Positions 1-13,700 of a DNA stretch of 64,000 nt are shown here, in pieces. The DNA lies in assembly GCA_003427395.1 (NCBI GenBank), contig BFEA01000004.1, positions 5,909,591 through 5,973,590 on the forward strand, in the 5' to 3' direction. The translations under genes and the position numbers were made by a program. Under the pieces are notes generated by a model, which had not been told where the DNA came from, searched no databases, and worked only from the letters and a program-made list of their open reading frames with translations. Every line of letters starts with the position of its first letter. Position 1 is the first letter of the stretch. Source of the DNA: Chara braunii (Eukaryota > Plantae > Charophyceae).

Positions 1-1740
1 CTTTTTTTTTTTTTTTTTTTTTTCCAAAGGAGAATCTCATTTATTTCATTATGTTTTCTCCTTTTTTTCTGTTCATGTTGTGTCACCGGTAGCGGCAGCT
101 TCGGCAAGGTTCGGCAAGGTTCGGCTTACCAGTAGCTATAGGGTCGGAAAAGAAGTACCTTTAGGTTCTTGTGGTTCAAGGTCCTGCTGCCAGCTGCGAT
201 CAGAGCAGACTGACACGAAATGACACAAGGTGACAGAACCGGAGGCATTGGTTGGTTCCAGAGGACATGGTGCCTCAATAAGCAACTGGCCTCGATCAGC
301 CCAGAAGGAAAGCTGGTACTATGCAAATGGTTACAAGGAACAGCATCTGGGTAGTAGGGTGCTAATTGGAACGGGACAATTTCTCTCTCTCCCTCCCCCC
401 GAAAATAAACAAAGAAACAGAGGCCCTTAGGGCTGCGTTCACCGCAGCACGGTCGGTAGTAGGGCAGGGCCCGTTGGCGGGGCTTATACCTCGCGTTTCA
501 ACGAAGGTCCGCCGGAAGGCCGAGCGGGCCTATCGGAAAGGGCCCTATAAAGAGGAAGCAAGCAACGTACGAAAGGTTCGTCTACCAGTGCTTGGCATTC
601 AAATGAGGGCAATGAGTGCATAAGCTAGTAGTGGGCCACAGTAGAAGGTTCGGAAAGGCTCATGCTCAATCTTCTCGCCACGGGGCTTCAGGCTGCCTTT
701 ATTGGTGCGACGATCCAGGGTGAGGGGGATCTCCATCGCTGAAGGGCGAAGGTGTAGCAAAGGGACTCTTCGTCCACGATTCGCCATAGCACATGCTACT
801 AGCTGTAGAAGGTGTCGAGTTCACTTCTGCGCGAATGAGGTATTGCCCCTCGCGCAGGTTCGTGCGCTGCTGCATTATCCATCTCCTCACTGATTTCGAC
901 GCGCCGCCAAGCCTCTCTTCCCGCGTCTTCCCGCAAGGTGCGAGCATTGCTGGCCCAGGCGTTTCACTTTTCGAGGAAGAATCGGGCTCCAAGCTGCGAT
1001 AATCATGCAGGAAAACATCCCTGCTGGGGTGGAGCCACAGTCACCTCTTCCGGCTATGGCGGCAGCTGGAGGTCAAGGCTCGATGCCGCATAGAGGGGGC
1101 TCGTCGCCGGTCGTAAATGGAACATCTCCTGGGTCGAAGTCTCCTTCTGTACTTCTTCCTGTCGCGCCTCCAGGTACGGTTCCGCTTTATCCCGCTGCGC
1201 CTCTTCCTCACCGCGTCTCTACTGTTCTCTACTCGGCAGGCTATTGTGCTCCTAGGCCGCCATCTAAGGCAGGCTATTGTGTACCTATGGGTCTTCCCAC
1301 CTCGGTTACGCGGTGGAAGTGATGGATTCTCAGCTGCTCGTGTTGTTTCCTTTAATGAACCAGTTCGCTGATAAGTTTCTATGCCGGATGTAGCATGTCC
1401 CGCTGCACAGGCGTAATGGGACAGATTCTGGGGGTGGCGATCAATCGGTCGAGAAGTTCCGCGTAGATGCATAAGCCTGTGGGGGTAGTAGTGAGGGTAG
1501 TACGATATGATGTCAAATCGCATCAAACCCCTTTCAAGTGTGATCAACTGGGCGAAAGAGAAAGTGGGAAGAGGCGAAGTGAAAATGAGCAGGCAATGCC
1601 CTTGTGCTTGTGGACTTTGTACAATACGATTGCGTCGCGCGCTTGGTGTGAGTGCTGCGCATCCTGCCTACGCCTCCGTATTTAGGGCGACTGAAATCGA
1701 CCACGAATCGTTTGTATCTTCCTCGTCTCTGCTTCTGTAG

Positions 1741-1871
1741 ATACATCTTCGATCACTAACGAGGGCGGGAATATTGTGGTCGATCGGGGGGGGGGGGGGG
1801 AGAGGGCTTGTGGGGGGGGGGGGGGGGGGGGAGGGGGGGGGGGTGTGGGGGGGGGGGGGGGGGGGGGGGGG
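1741..1871 (+). CDS. FCA: Probable upstream Gly-rich exon of the FCA-like gene (poly-G probably mis-assembled)
   Basis: CTGTAG acceptor at 1735-1740, open frame [19 protein letters not shown]..., GTAAGT donor at 1872. The phase is off by one relative to the next exon, consistent with a homopolymer error. Confidence 0.45.
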
Positions 1872-4800
1872 GTAAGTCTCGGCCAACAGGTGCTATATTT
1901 ACTATACCTTGCTGTCGATACGGCGTGGGTTTGGAAGATGAGGTGTCGATATGGAACCTTGGTGCGTCTTGCATGTCGGAAGTGCCGCGTTCTATTATTA
2001 CTGTCTCGGCCTGGAATCTTGCTTTGCCTTGCGGCTATCACAGTCATGAAAGTAAACACGAATTCTGCCCCCACTTGGTGATGCTGTTTGTCCTAGTTTG
2101 AAGAGCGCCACTCTTGCTGAAGCTTGTGGTTTGGTGTTGCGTGTGTCTCGAATGTCATTTTTGTGCGTGTGACTGATATGTCGCCAATCGTTTCACGTTA
2201 TGTGCTTCTGGGCTGCTTTGTGAACAGATCCCAGTCTTCTGGGCGGAAGGTCTCAGGACTTCGTGAAGCTATTCGTGGGGTCTGTTCCAAGGAATGCGAC
2301 CGAGGATGAGGTGCGTCTTCTCCATGGAATCAGGACCTCGGGGCGTCTCCCTTCCCTAATGGTTTTCATTCCCTATCTTTTCTTCTTACACAGCTCTGTT
2401 GAGAGGCGGTGTCTCTAGTTTTCAAACATCTTGTCCTTAGTGAATATCCGCTAGTGTTTTTATCCGGGTACCGATATGTTCTGAGAGTCCTCTCTAGTGG
2501 TGAATTCCAGTCTCTCCTCGGAGAGTGCTTCTGTCGTCCGCTCCGCCTGCTTCCTGACGTCTGCTGTGTCTCGTGGCTCGAGCTTTGTGGCGTCGTGCCT
2601 CTCGATGTCTGGCTCCGTCTTGTGCTGTAGAGACTGGGGTGCGATGCTTCGTGGCGCTCCGAAGCACCGCGTAGCACCCCGCCGCTTAATGCTGTCGCTT
2701 TTTGCGTGTGCTGTCCTTCTCTTTGGCATGGAGTCTAGCTTCTGCCCTGTAAGAGCTGTGCGGATGGGTCTCTTCCACGCTGAACTTGAGAGCAATGTTT
2801 ACGTCGCCTTGCTGCATGCCGCCCTTCCTGTGTGCCTCATTCAGCGGATACACCATCACGAAGGCAGAACAGAGCATTGCGGACACTCCTACGCAAAGAT
2901 AGAACGTCTTTTGTGATTGTGTATCCACTTCTGTGCCGCTTGGCGTCCTTGCGGATGCCGAATTTGGTTGGCTGTGCCAGATAGGGTCTGGACTGCGGTG
3001 CCCTTTGGGGTCCGCGGTTTCGCTCCTTGTGGCGTCACAGTGTATGTGACGTGTAGTACTGCCTAAACCCGGCCCTGCGCGACGGCACTGCAATGCCTTG
3101 CCTTCGGTCTCTCTCTCTGCCAATGCCATATGGCTTTCACCTTTTTTTCCCTTCGCCTTGTCTCTGGTCATCTGCTCGAGCATCGCCTTTCTTTCGGTCA
3201 GCACATTTCCTTTCCCTATCTAGAATCTCTTGCTTACGTTGTCCCCTTCCACTCCCTCGAGGTCCTCCTCTTTCAGGTCTGTTTTCCTTTTGTGTATGCA
3301 ACTCTTTTCTCTGTTCCTTTTCCTCTTCCCATACTCTTCTCCGTCCTGCTGTCGATTTTTATCTTGTCTTCTCACGCCTCTTCGTTCCCGCTTCTCCTCC
3401 TCTTCTGGGTCTTCACTCCCGCTTCGCCTCCTCTCTGTTCCCAATTCCTAAGTGTCCCTTTTCCCACCTCTCGTGCTGCCTTCTTCTGTTTTTCGCTCGG
3501 TTTCTCCTGACACTCAGTTTCCTCTTCTTACGGCTGATTCGCCTCTCGCCTGTGGCTGTTATCTCCCGCCTTCATGACGTTTCCATCTCCTCGCTTATGC
3601 ATTTCCTCTGTCGCCAATGATTCTCGTGTTCCCCGACTCTTTCCGTCAGCCCTGTTGTCCTTTCTCGTCTGCCCTTGCTCGTCTCTGGGCTTCTCCGTGT
3701 CATCCGTTGTGTATGCTGTTTCCGTCCTCCATTCTCGGTCTCAGCTGCCGCCGCCCGTCTCTGCCCCCGCCCTCCGTCTCTGCGGCCGGCGCCCGTCTCT
3801 GGCGCCGCCGCCCGTCTGTGACACCGCCGCCAGTCTGTGCCGCTGCGCATCTGCTGTCTCCACCCGTCTCTGCTGCCGCCACCCCTCCCTGACGCCACTA
3901 CCCATCTATGCTGCCGCCGTCCTCCCGTGCCGCCGTCGCCCGTCTATGCCGCCATCGTCCGTATCTGCCACTGTCGCCCTTCTCTGGGGTCCTCCTCGGC
4001 CGCTGTCGTGATTAGCTTCGGCCATAGTCAGTCGCTCGTGCCGTACCCGTCCCATCTGCTGTTGTCTTCCTCCTTCTGTCGCCCACCCTGCCGCTGTCGC
4101 CAACCTCTGATGCTGTCGCCCCCTTTGCTTGCTGTCACCTACCTGTGCTACTGTCGCCTGTATCTGCTCTGCTCTGCCCGCCTCTGGTGCTGTCGCTCGC
4201 CTCTGCTGCTGTCGCCCACGTGTACTGTTGTCGCCTACGTCTGCACTGTTGCGCCCGCCTCTGCTGCTGTTAACTGCCAGTGCTGCTGTCGCCCGTCTTT
4301 GAATTTGTCGCGCATCTTTACCTTGTCCTTCGTCTCTGCTTCTGGCACCCGTCTCTGCTGCTGGCGCCCATCTCTGTTGCTGGGGCGCCTTTTGGTATCT
4401 CCTCGTCTGTTGTTGTACTGTCTCTGCTACCCCCCCGCTTTTCTGCTGTCACCGCGGCTCGGCTGTTTTGTGGTCTCTTTGTCGTCTTTCTGTGCAGTCG
4501 CTGCTCTCTGTGGTTTTCCATTTTCGCGGCTACTCGTATTTGCCATCGCCTTTCTCTTCCCTCACCTGTCTGCTGGTGCCCGTCTTCGCTGTTGCTCGTC
4601 TTGTCTGTCCCGTTTCTCCTCTCAATCTCTCCTCTACAGCCGTCTCTGTCCTTTTTCCTTTTTCCCGTTCTTCACACCCCCGGCTGCCCTCTTCCCCGGC
4701 TCTCCCAAGCTCTTCTCCTCATTTTCTACCACCGCCGTTTCTCTTCATCCGGTCCCCCCTTCTCCCCTCCACCCGCGTTTCCCCTTTATCCCTTCACCAG

Positions 4801-7674
4801 GTTGCTTCCCTGTTTTCTCTGTCCCCGCCTCTTGATGATCCTCATGGTTTCTTCGCTTTCGCTTCGCCTTCAGCTCTCCAGTCTGGCGGTGTTGCTTTTC
4901 TCACCTGTGTTCTGCCCCTGCTGCTCCTGCATTCGTTCCGGAGTGTAGCGTGCGCATCGTTTCTCCACGGTTCCCCTGCCACGTGCCTCTCTCTACTGCC
5001 TCGCCTGTCCCTTGTGTCCTTCTGCATTTTGTATCTCCCAATTTCGCCGTCCTCTCAATCAATTCAATTGAATGAATAGGTTGAGACTTTCCCGCATATC
5101 GGGAAGTAATAAGGTTAGAGATTACTCCGTCTGACACCATCGAGTTCACCACTTTCATCGGCGAACAACCGAACCCTCTGGACCTCGACCATCCATCATT
5201 TCTATTACCCCTCTTTACCCCTCCTACTCTCCGTCGCCTCCCGTTTGTGTTTCGTGCTGTTTTTCTTTTAGTTCGTTTGATCGTGGCTCTTCTACGTCTG
5301 TTTCCATGCTTTCCCCTTTCAACAGAACGGAAACCTCCTGTGCGCTAGTCGACACCTTGATGGCGAATCTCCACGGCCGCCGTCTCGGGGCAGGCGAGGG
5401 CTCCAAGGGCTGAATGGGGCAACCCCTTTAGGCTACATGGGCGAGGTATCCGGACACAGAGGATCGCTACTCCCGCAACAGGCGATGGGCATTTGCGCAA
5501 CTCCGTGGTGGACGAGATGATCATGCTATAGATGGGCTGATGGTCGCTGGCGCCTCGAATAGGTCCCTATCTATCCTGGGGAAGGATGAGGGTCCACCCT
5601 GAGATTGCCACTCGGAATGCAAGAGTTACCCTCCGGGATCATCGCGGAAGCAAGGTATTGAGTGGAATGGCGAGGCAACCATGCACCGATTCCGACCAGT
5701 TCGATATTCCTTGAAATTGATGCGGATTCTCGCAAGGCTCACTGATCATGAGAGACCTAAGTGGCGCTTGGGCGACATCCAGTCGTTGGGGTCCCTCTGC
5801 TTTCATGCCCGGCCCCGCGTACATCATCCCGTCAACTGCGATGATTGGGGGACGTGTGGCGCTTGGGCGACATCCAGTCGTTGCGCGGCGTCCAGGCCTG
5901 GCGCAGCATCCGGGGCCCTAATGGCAGAGCCTCCTCGCTCCGACCGTGGCTTACCCTTCTTCGGAAGTGGTGCTCGGGTCATGCCCACAGCGCGTTCTGC
6001 TCTCGCTGTGTGCGGCATCTTTGGCCCGCGTTGCTTACGGCATCTCTCCGCACCTCTCTCAGCGTTCTCTGCCCTATCTCCAGCACCTGGCGTTCCTGGC
6101 ATCAAATTTTTGGGTATATAATGCGGGGCGCCACTCTGGTGGCCGAATCGAATAACCTTTTCCACAGCACCACCGAGTTCGGGTAATGCGGGGCGCATCA
6201 GGTCTCATGTCATATGGTCGCGGGCATTTCGCTTGCGTCCGATCCACTTGATTCTCCCATTCCGCCGATAATGACGTACTCTGCGCGATGAGTGCGTTTG
6301 GCCTGCCAGTAATGAGCCTGATGATGGATGTTCGAGTCCTGAGCGCGAAGGCCGCGCGCGTTTTTTTGGCGGGGGAGATTCCGATTCCGGTTGTGTGCGC
6401 AATGTTGCGCGATGGTTCCCTTATCCATCATGCTCCGATACTGTATCCTCACCTGCTGCGCTCGGCTCCTCTCGCGGCCGCGTACAGCTCTGCTCCCGGC
6501 CTTTTGTTTCTCTATCTGAATCGTCTTTTCAATCGTTCGTGCTCAGTTTTCTTAGTCCTTGCAAATGCAGGTTTGAGTTCTCTGTAGCACGGATGATTGC
6601 AGCGAGATTAGACTTTCTGGACCTGAATCGCTTTGCCCGCGAGGTTTCTCTTTGATGGTGCTTGATGAATGAAACAATGATAGGTTTTTGCGAGGGGCCT
6701 CATGGCTCGTCATTGCGTGAGGGTTGGGAACTTGACATTATTTCGATGTCTAAGGTGAGATGGGGCTGTTTCGCGACAACTGTGCAGGGAGTCCCGATGA
6801 GGTGAAGTGATGCTGTTTGGCGACAATTGTCCCGGCGTGCCTGGAGCGACGAGTAGTAGATGATATGCGAGTCTGCGGTTCAAAATGAGGGGAGAGTTTG
6901 GCAGTGTTGGGGAATGGGGAATTGCTCCCCTTCTGTTTGAGGGTTGGAGACCGGATCGTCTTTGCTGATCTTTTAATATCTTTTTTGCTAGCAACGATAT
7001 TTGGCAGGTTAAGCAGTTCCAAGGCTTCAGATGTAATGGCTAAAGGGAGAGAAAAAGAGTTAAGCTTTCTTAGGTTAACCTACGAGTAGTAGTTAAGTTT
7101 TGATTGGTTACCTCCTATTGCTATTCCGAGCAGTCAAAGCGGCTGGATGGAGAAGGATTGGGAGAACGGGAAGGGGTTTAGTTTAATAGACGGAGAGTGA
7201 AATTGCAGTTGCGGTCTGAGAGGGAGAGGGGCACCATACCACATGTGCTTGTGGCGGACAGAATGGAGACCTAGTCGGAGCTACGGTTTCTCCATGGATG
7301 GTAGAGTTATGCAGAAATCTCTCATGTCTGTGCAAGTCTGATGCGGCGTGACTTCTACCATGACGGCTTTTTTGTATGCATTTTCAGTGACGAGGTGAAG
7401 GAATCCTGCGTATGTGAGGTTTGTTCATGCTTCCGACTTCTCTTTGAAGGGATTCAGTGCAAGGAGTGTGATCTTCTGGAACCCTCGTTATTCTAATCTC
7501 GGCACTCACCGGGGCGGGAAGAAGAAGTCGCCTGCGAACCACCGGGGCGGACAGTACGCGGTAGAATACCACAAATGTTTCTTTGTTCTTATGTGTCGGT
7601 GAAAATCTGAGGAAATAGTATGGCACAGTCATGCTTCTTTGTTTGGATTTGTGTATAGCGAACATTACACACTT

Positions 7675-7736
<62 letters not shown>

Positions 7737-10700
7737 GGTGGTGGTGGTGGTGGGGGGATTGGAAATGGCGATATGGGGGAGGACGGACTGGTAAGGTAAA
7801 GCAAATATGGAAAGGGGAGGTAGTGCTGATGAAAGGTAGAATGACATTGCTTGTAAATTGCTTACTATTTTGATGCTGTTAATTTCGGTTTTCTGTTAAT
7901 GACACTGATCTCATCTATGTTGTTGCGTTTTATGTTCTGTACAGACTCTGAGAACTGTCCGTTTGCAAGAGTATGCTAATCTGACTTCGTTCGGGTTCGT
8001 TTTGCGTTGTGTAGCTTCGCGATTTATTCGGAGAATTCGGTACCTTGCTCGAAGTCGCTGTGATCAAGAACAAGGCAACGGGGCTGAGCCAAGGTACGTA
8101 TTCTCGGTGGAATGGCTATGTAATCGATTGCGGAGAGTAGTATTTCGAGTTCGGGAATGGCCCGAAAACTGATTTACATCTTCTTTCGACTCATTGAGTT
8201 GAGGAGGTTGAGGATGTTTCATAGCGAGAGACGAGCACAGGGGTCCACTTTTTGCGAGGGAGCAAATAACTTCTTCAGAGATCGCATGTCCTTGTACAAG
8301 ACATCGGACGCCCTGGCGTAGTGTAGATGCCCGTGTCGGGAAGATGACTCTTTGCTAAAGCAATCAGGGCATGGGATCACAAAAGAGCAAGCCCGGCGGA
8401 ACTTGGCGAAGGCCATGCCATAGTCTCTCAGAAACACGCTAGCTGCAGACCCAGAGCACGAGAGGATGCCGTACCAGAATTATGCCCAGAAGGCTAGACA
8501 CAGGAGTTAGGCAGAGTTTTATTCCGCTAGTCGAAGTCTTATTTCTGTATTTTAGCAGTTCATGGGTATACCGACTGACCTAGGCTCGTTGGTCGTAGTC
8601 TTAGTTCAGCTATTCTAGACTTCAGAAGGTCCTTTTATAAGTTATGACATCGTTATGTGGGTCTTCATGGCTTTGTCTTTCGGGGGCAAATTTGCCAATC
8701 TGGATATTCATGCCTTTGTCTCTCCGGGGCAAATATGCCAATGCCGCTTGTCGTTTCCTGAGTTTCCACAGTTCATTGGGTATCTGTAACGGTGTGCTGG
8801 TGATGCAAGAGTACACATGCATAAGGAGGGTCTTTGATAGAGTTGTCCAGGTGACGTTCGGGAACCGTAGTGAAAGCTGATTTGTGGTCCGGCGAGGACG
8901 TGTTTTGTTCATGCGGACGGGTGTGTTCTGGTAGGATCGTTTTCCCCGAACACAATCCACACTCATCATGACTGTACCCGACCGGAGAGATGGTACACAT
9001 GCATAAGGAGGGTGCGTCATGTTTGGGGTGAGACGGTGGAACTAAGGGAAGCGGTTTTCGTACCTTTTGGTATGACTTGGCGCATGATAGATGTTTTGTC
9101 TTTCTTCTCGTGTTTCCGCTATTATAGAAAGAATATATAGCGCTGTTCTCGGACTCCGCGGTTATCAGAGTCCGTCTTAGAACATGCGGCGCGAAGGCCT
9201 GGCTTGAATAGAACTGCGACAGTTTTTTTACATGCTGTGTTCTCGCGAGGGTGAACAGATTGGAGCTGTTTCCCCTCGATGAACCGGGCCGCCTTTGTTT
9301 CTTTTTTAATTTTTAAAGACATACACGGCACTGTGTAGGAGAGTGCAACCCTACGTGCGCTTCGGCGAGCTGTGAGGTACTGTGGTCCCCCCTCCTGTTT
9401 TATCCTCTTTTTCGAGGGGGGAAGGGGGCGTTCCTTTACCAAAGCGGAGCTTGACATGTGGATTATCTGTTACTGGGTGCCCTCCTTACTGGATCTCATG
9501 TAGCGGGTGATGACTCCCCGTTTATTCCGTCGACCGTACATCTCTTCGGCAGCCCTTCCTCTTTTCGTTTTTCCTTTTCGCTTTTTTCTTGTCAAAAGAG
9601 AGAAGCAGAGATCCTTTCGGAGCATAATAATACTACAGCTAGGATTTCTTTTTCCTGTTGGTGGAGGTTATCTATCTTGTCAATTCCCTGCAAGGTTGTG
9701 CTGTTAGTATTATCGGAGCTAAAGCAGCAGACTGTTCGTAAACGCCGTCGAAATAAAATGCGGTAAGTGCATGTTTTTTGGGTCGTCCTAGCCATTGTGC
9801 GTCGGCATTTACAATTCCGTTTGAGCATTTGGTTGTGGCAAAATATGCCTTTTGTCCCATTGAATTGGAGTCACAGCGGGTGCTGTCCGTTTTGTGACAT
9901 GCCAGTCATCTCCTTCTTTCTACAACCGCTCTGTGGAACTCGGCTGAGCGCGAGTGGCACTGGTTTTTCAGTTTTTCGTTGACCGATGTTTGATAAGGAT
10001 CTAATCTCTGTCCTGTTCGGCAGAGGTGCCCATGACAGGGAGCATTTTGTCAGAGTCTGTAGTTAGATGGTGGGGGGAGGCGCTGGCTGGTTCACGCCGG
10101 GTTGGTGTGCTTAATTCTTGGCTTCAGGAGCTTTTTTATAGTTTAAGTGATACTATGAAAGCTTTTTTTATCCTTTTTTTTCAGGCTGGGTTGTTAACGG
10201 GACTGACTTTTGTGTAAAAAATACTCATGGAGAGCAGCAAGAGTGTTCAGCAAGTTTGGTTTTTGGTGAGCGCACTGAAGCCATTGATGGATCTCAGTGC
10301 AGAGATGGGTATTGTTGTATTATCTCAATGGCTCACTCACATTAGTTGTCGTCTTTGCGGGTGTATACCACCAAACGATGTGCAGACGGCAATCAAGGAA
10401 GCTCGAGTGTGAGTGTACGCCGAGTGTACGCCGTTAGTACTGTCGCATCCGACAATAAAATGAGAGATCTTCTGTGTTGATTTAGATACGAGGTGTGATC
10501 AATGACCGGGAATATATGTCAGATTCACCGACTTTCTCAGGTACAGTAGGTCGAGCAATATTTAACCAACAATTCAGATCTACTTTACAAAGAAAAGTGA
10601 TTACTCATCAGACGGAAAATCGATTCCTTCCTGATGCTTATATCGTGTGTTGATTCCCACACGAGGTGTGATCCATGACCGAGAACATATGTCAGATGCA

Positions 10701-13700
10701 CCGACTTTCTCAGGTTGGGCTCTGCGCGTTTATGATCTAATCTTATTTACATCAGACGGAGAATCGATTCCTTCCTCATGCTTATATCGTGTGTTGATTC
10801 TCACACGAGGTGTGATCCATGACCGAGAACATATGTCAGATGCACCGACTTTCTCAGGTTGGCCTCTGCGCGGTTATGATCTAATCTTTGCTATTCTAGC
10901 AATGCTCCACTTCGTTGTTGTAATTATTGAAGAACAGGTCTGAATGCTGCTCAGCCGCCTTCCAGTCGCTGTGACATAGTCGCTCGCTGTCCCTCTGCTC
11001 TGATGTCTCCCCCAATGACATGGGTATTGTGATTGCTATAGTTTTTTCGATATATTCTTCCTTGGGTTTAGTTGGATTGTCACCATATTGTGACCACAGC
11101 ACGTGCGGCGAGCGGCAAGCGTCTTGCATTGTTTAATTATTTGGCAAGCATCTTGCCTTTTTTTATTATTTCGTCGTTTAGACGGGATCGGTTTGCCGGT
11201 GCCACATGCTTTTGGAATAGCCCTGGCTGGTACTCTCCACAAGTAACTTGTAGTGTACTGCTCCACCCGAATAACGACTCATTTCTGCGTCCGGGTGCAT
11301 GTCGGCAGGTTGTCGGTCAGTCGGTCATTCTTTTATGGAGTCATTTCTGCTTCCGGATAGACGTCAGTCATGCTTTTATGCATTGACAAAGGGCGATAGT
11401 TTTCTCTTTTCCTTCTACGTATATACGTTCCCTTGAAGCGTTTCAGGTTTTGATGATATGAGCAAAGGTGAGAGTATTCGATGGAAACTTCTCGCCCGAT
11501 GCTTTCCAGTTCCTGTCAAGCCCGATGCTTTTCATTTCCTCCGGATTCTCTTACTCTGTTGTCGCTCGGTTCCCTGTATGTAGTGCACCTCAATCATAAG
11601 GCTGCAGCCGATGTAGAGGAGGTGCAATGCATGTAGTGAAAAAATTGAAGCATGTCAGCCGATGTAGAGGAAATCCAACAAGTGAATTTGAAAACTTGAA
11701 GCATGTCAGAAGTGGGCTGTTTAACTCTTCTTTTGAGGCCCGGTTACCTATCCCCTCTGGAGGTGACTGTTGCTAGTGGGGGGCCGTTCTGGCTATTCGG
11801 ATGGAACAGGTAAATGGATTCTAATGGCACTGGTCGTGAACGTAATAGGCTGTATGAATATTTGAGGGAGTTATGTTAAGCAGTCTGTGGGTGCTGCCAC
11901 GTGGGAGCATGGTGGCCCTCAACGTCCCGAAATTGGCACATCCTAGATTGCCTTCTCTGGAGCATAATTGAGCTGCGTGTGTTTCCCAGCTTTTAGAACG
12001 GAGAAAACACGTTTTTAGGTTCTGTGCAAAGTTTTTGTATGTAGTTGCGATGCTGTCATTTCGGATCGCACCCACGGAGAGCATTTTTTGGACGGGCGCG
12101 TCCTTTGTGGATTCTTTCTAGCTGATGCGTGCTTGCACGACGTTTTTGAAATAAGCCGGGTGCGTGCACTTGTCAGACGTTGATTACGTTGAGATGCGGA
12201 GTTATGAATTGCGAGACTGATCGTGAGCAATTTATTAGACCAGGGTTGATAGGGTACGACAGGAGAGGGCTTGTGTTGCCTTGAGGTCTCTGGGATCAAT
12301 GGACACCTGCTGAGAGGGTTCTTATGTTGTTGAGGTTGACTTGCGAATTGTAAGAAGGGAAAAGCCTCTCAGAAAAGAGTTACGTGGACATAGAGATGGT
12401 CTGATGTTATCTATTTGTTGCAGGGGATAGTGCGCTGACTGTGATTGTTGTCTTGCTGGGATGTAATCATGATGCATTTCGATGTGCACCTCTCTCTTTT
12501 GAGAATGACCGCTCCAGCTCTAGAAGTGTGGCTTACGTGGATGTAGTCTGTATGCCCGTGAAGGTGTGATTCAATGGAGGATGGATAGCTAGTGTGCATC
12601 GAGTCAAGCGTGCATATTCTGATGCAATGGGAGCAGGTCTGGTATAGGTTTTGCACTTTTGTTCTTAGCATGCTTTGCTGGCATGTAATAATGACGAATG
12701 GATGTGTGCACTCACTGCGCTGCTTTTTTCTTTTTCGAGATCGTTTGCTCTAGAACTTCTAATGGCTTACTTGAAGGTAGCCTCTACGCATGAGTGTGCT
12801 CATGTCAATTGGGTATGGATAGCTGCTGTGCACTTGACTTGAGTGAGCATATTGTGACGCTGTGACATCTAGGGCTTGTAGGTGTTGCATTTGGCTTTCC
12901 TAATCTTTGCTGGGATGTCAGCATGATGGATGGATGTGTGCGCTTGATTCTTTTGTTGTCACAATCGCTCTGGAGCTTTTATTGGCATTCTTGGAGTGTG
13001 GGCATTGATGCGCTGGCATGTGGGGCTTGAATAGGCTTGGCGGCTGGGTCTCTTACAGTCTTTGCTGGGGCATCGTCATGATGGATGGATGTGTGCACTG
13101 CTTTTCTGTTTTGAGAACAATCACTCCACACTTCTAATGACTTCCGCTCCAATTCTTACCTCTCTCTTGGATGTAGTCTATATGTCAATGGGGATAACTA
13201 CTCACGGAGCAGGGTGAGCAGTTGTGATGCAGGCCATGTGTAGGGTATCTAGGTTTTACATATTTGTGTGAAGAGGCTGGGAAGAATTTAGGAGAGCTTG
13301 TTATTAATGCTGGATTTGATTGTTTATGTATTGGAACAGACTTCTCCTACAGGTATCAGTCGAGGGGGTCAATGTTGCTTTACGTCTGATTTCCATATCA
13401 CTGAACATCCCTCTCGCCAAGGGCATGATATGCATTATGCGCATTTTGTTGACGTTTCATCACATTTTCTGAGCTCCTAGCTGATCTGTGCTTCAGGGCT
13501 ATGATTCAGCTTCTATGCTTCACAGTATATATGTGTGGTTTGCTTCTGGCGTTTGTATATTCAGAATGTAAAACCTGCAGTTTTCGAATGTGCTGTGTCA
13601 GCAATGGGTATTACCTGGGTCATGTTGGTATTCTCGCACAGTTGCACTGCAGTATGCTCTCCTTTATTTCATCTGTGCTGATGAACGCGGCTGTCACCTG

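Noticed and set aside
1005-1322. Pro/Ser-rich ORF as the FCA first exon or a separate gene
   Set aside because: No recognisable homology, and I found no convincing in-frame splice to the downstream exons. Left unresolved.
3093-5079. Long ORFs of 175-332 aa on the + strand
   Set aside because: They are L/S/C/P-rich products of a stop-poor pyrimidine minisatellite inside an intron, with no domain motifs.
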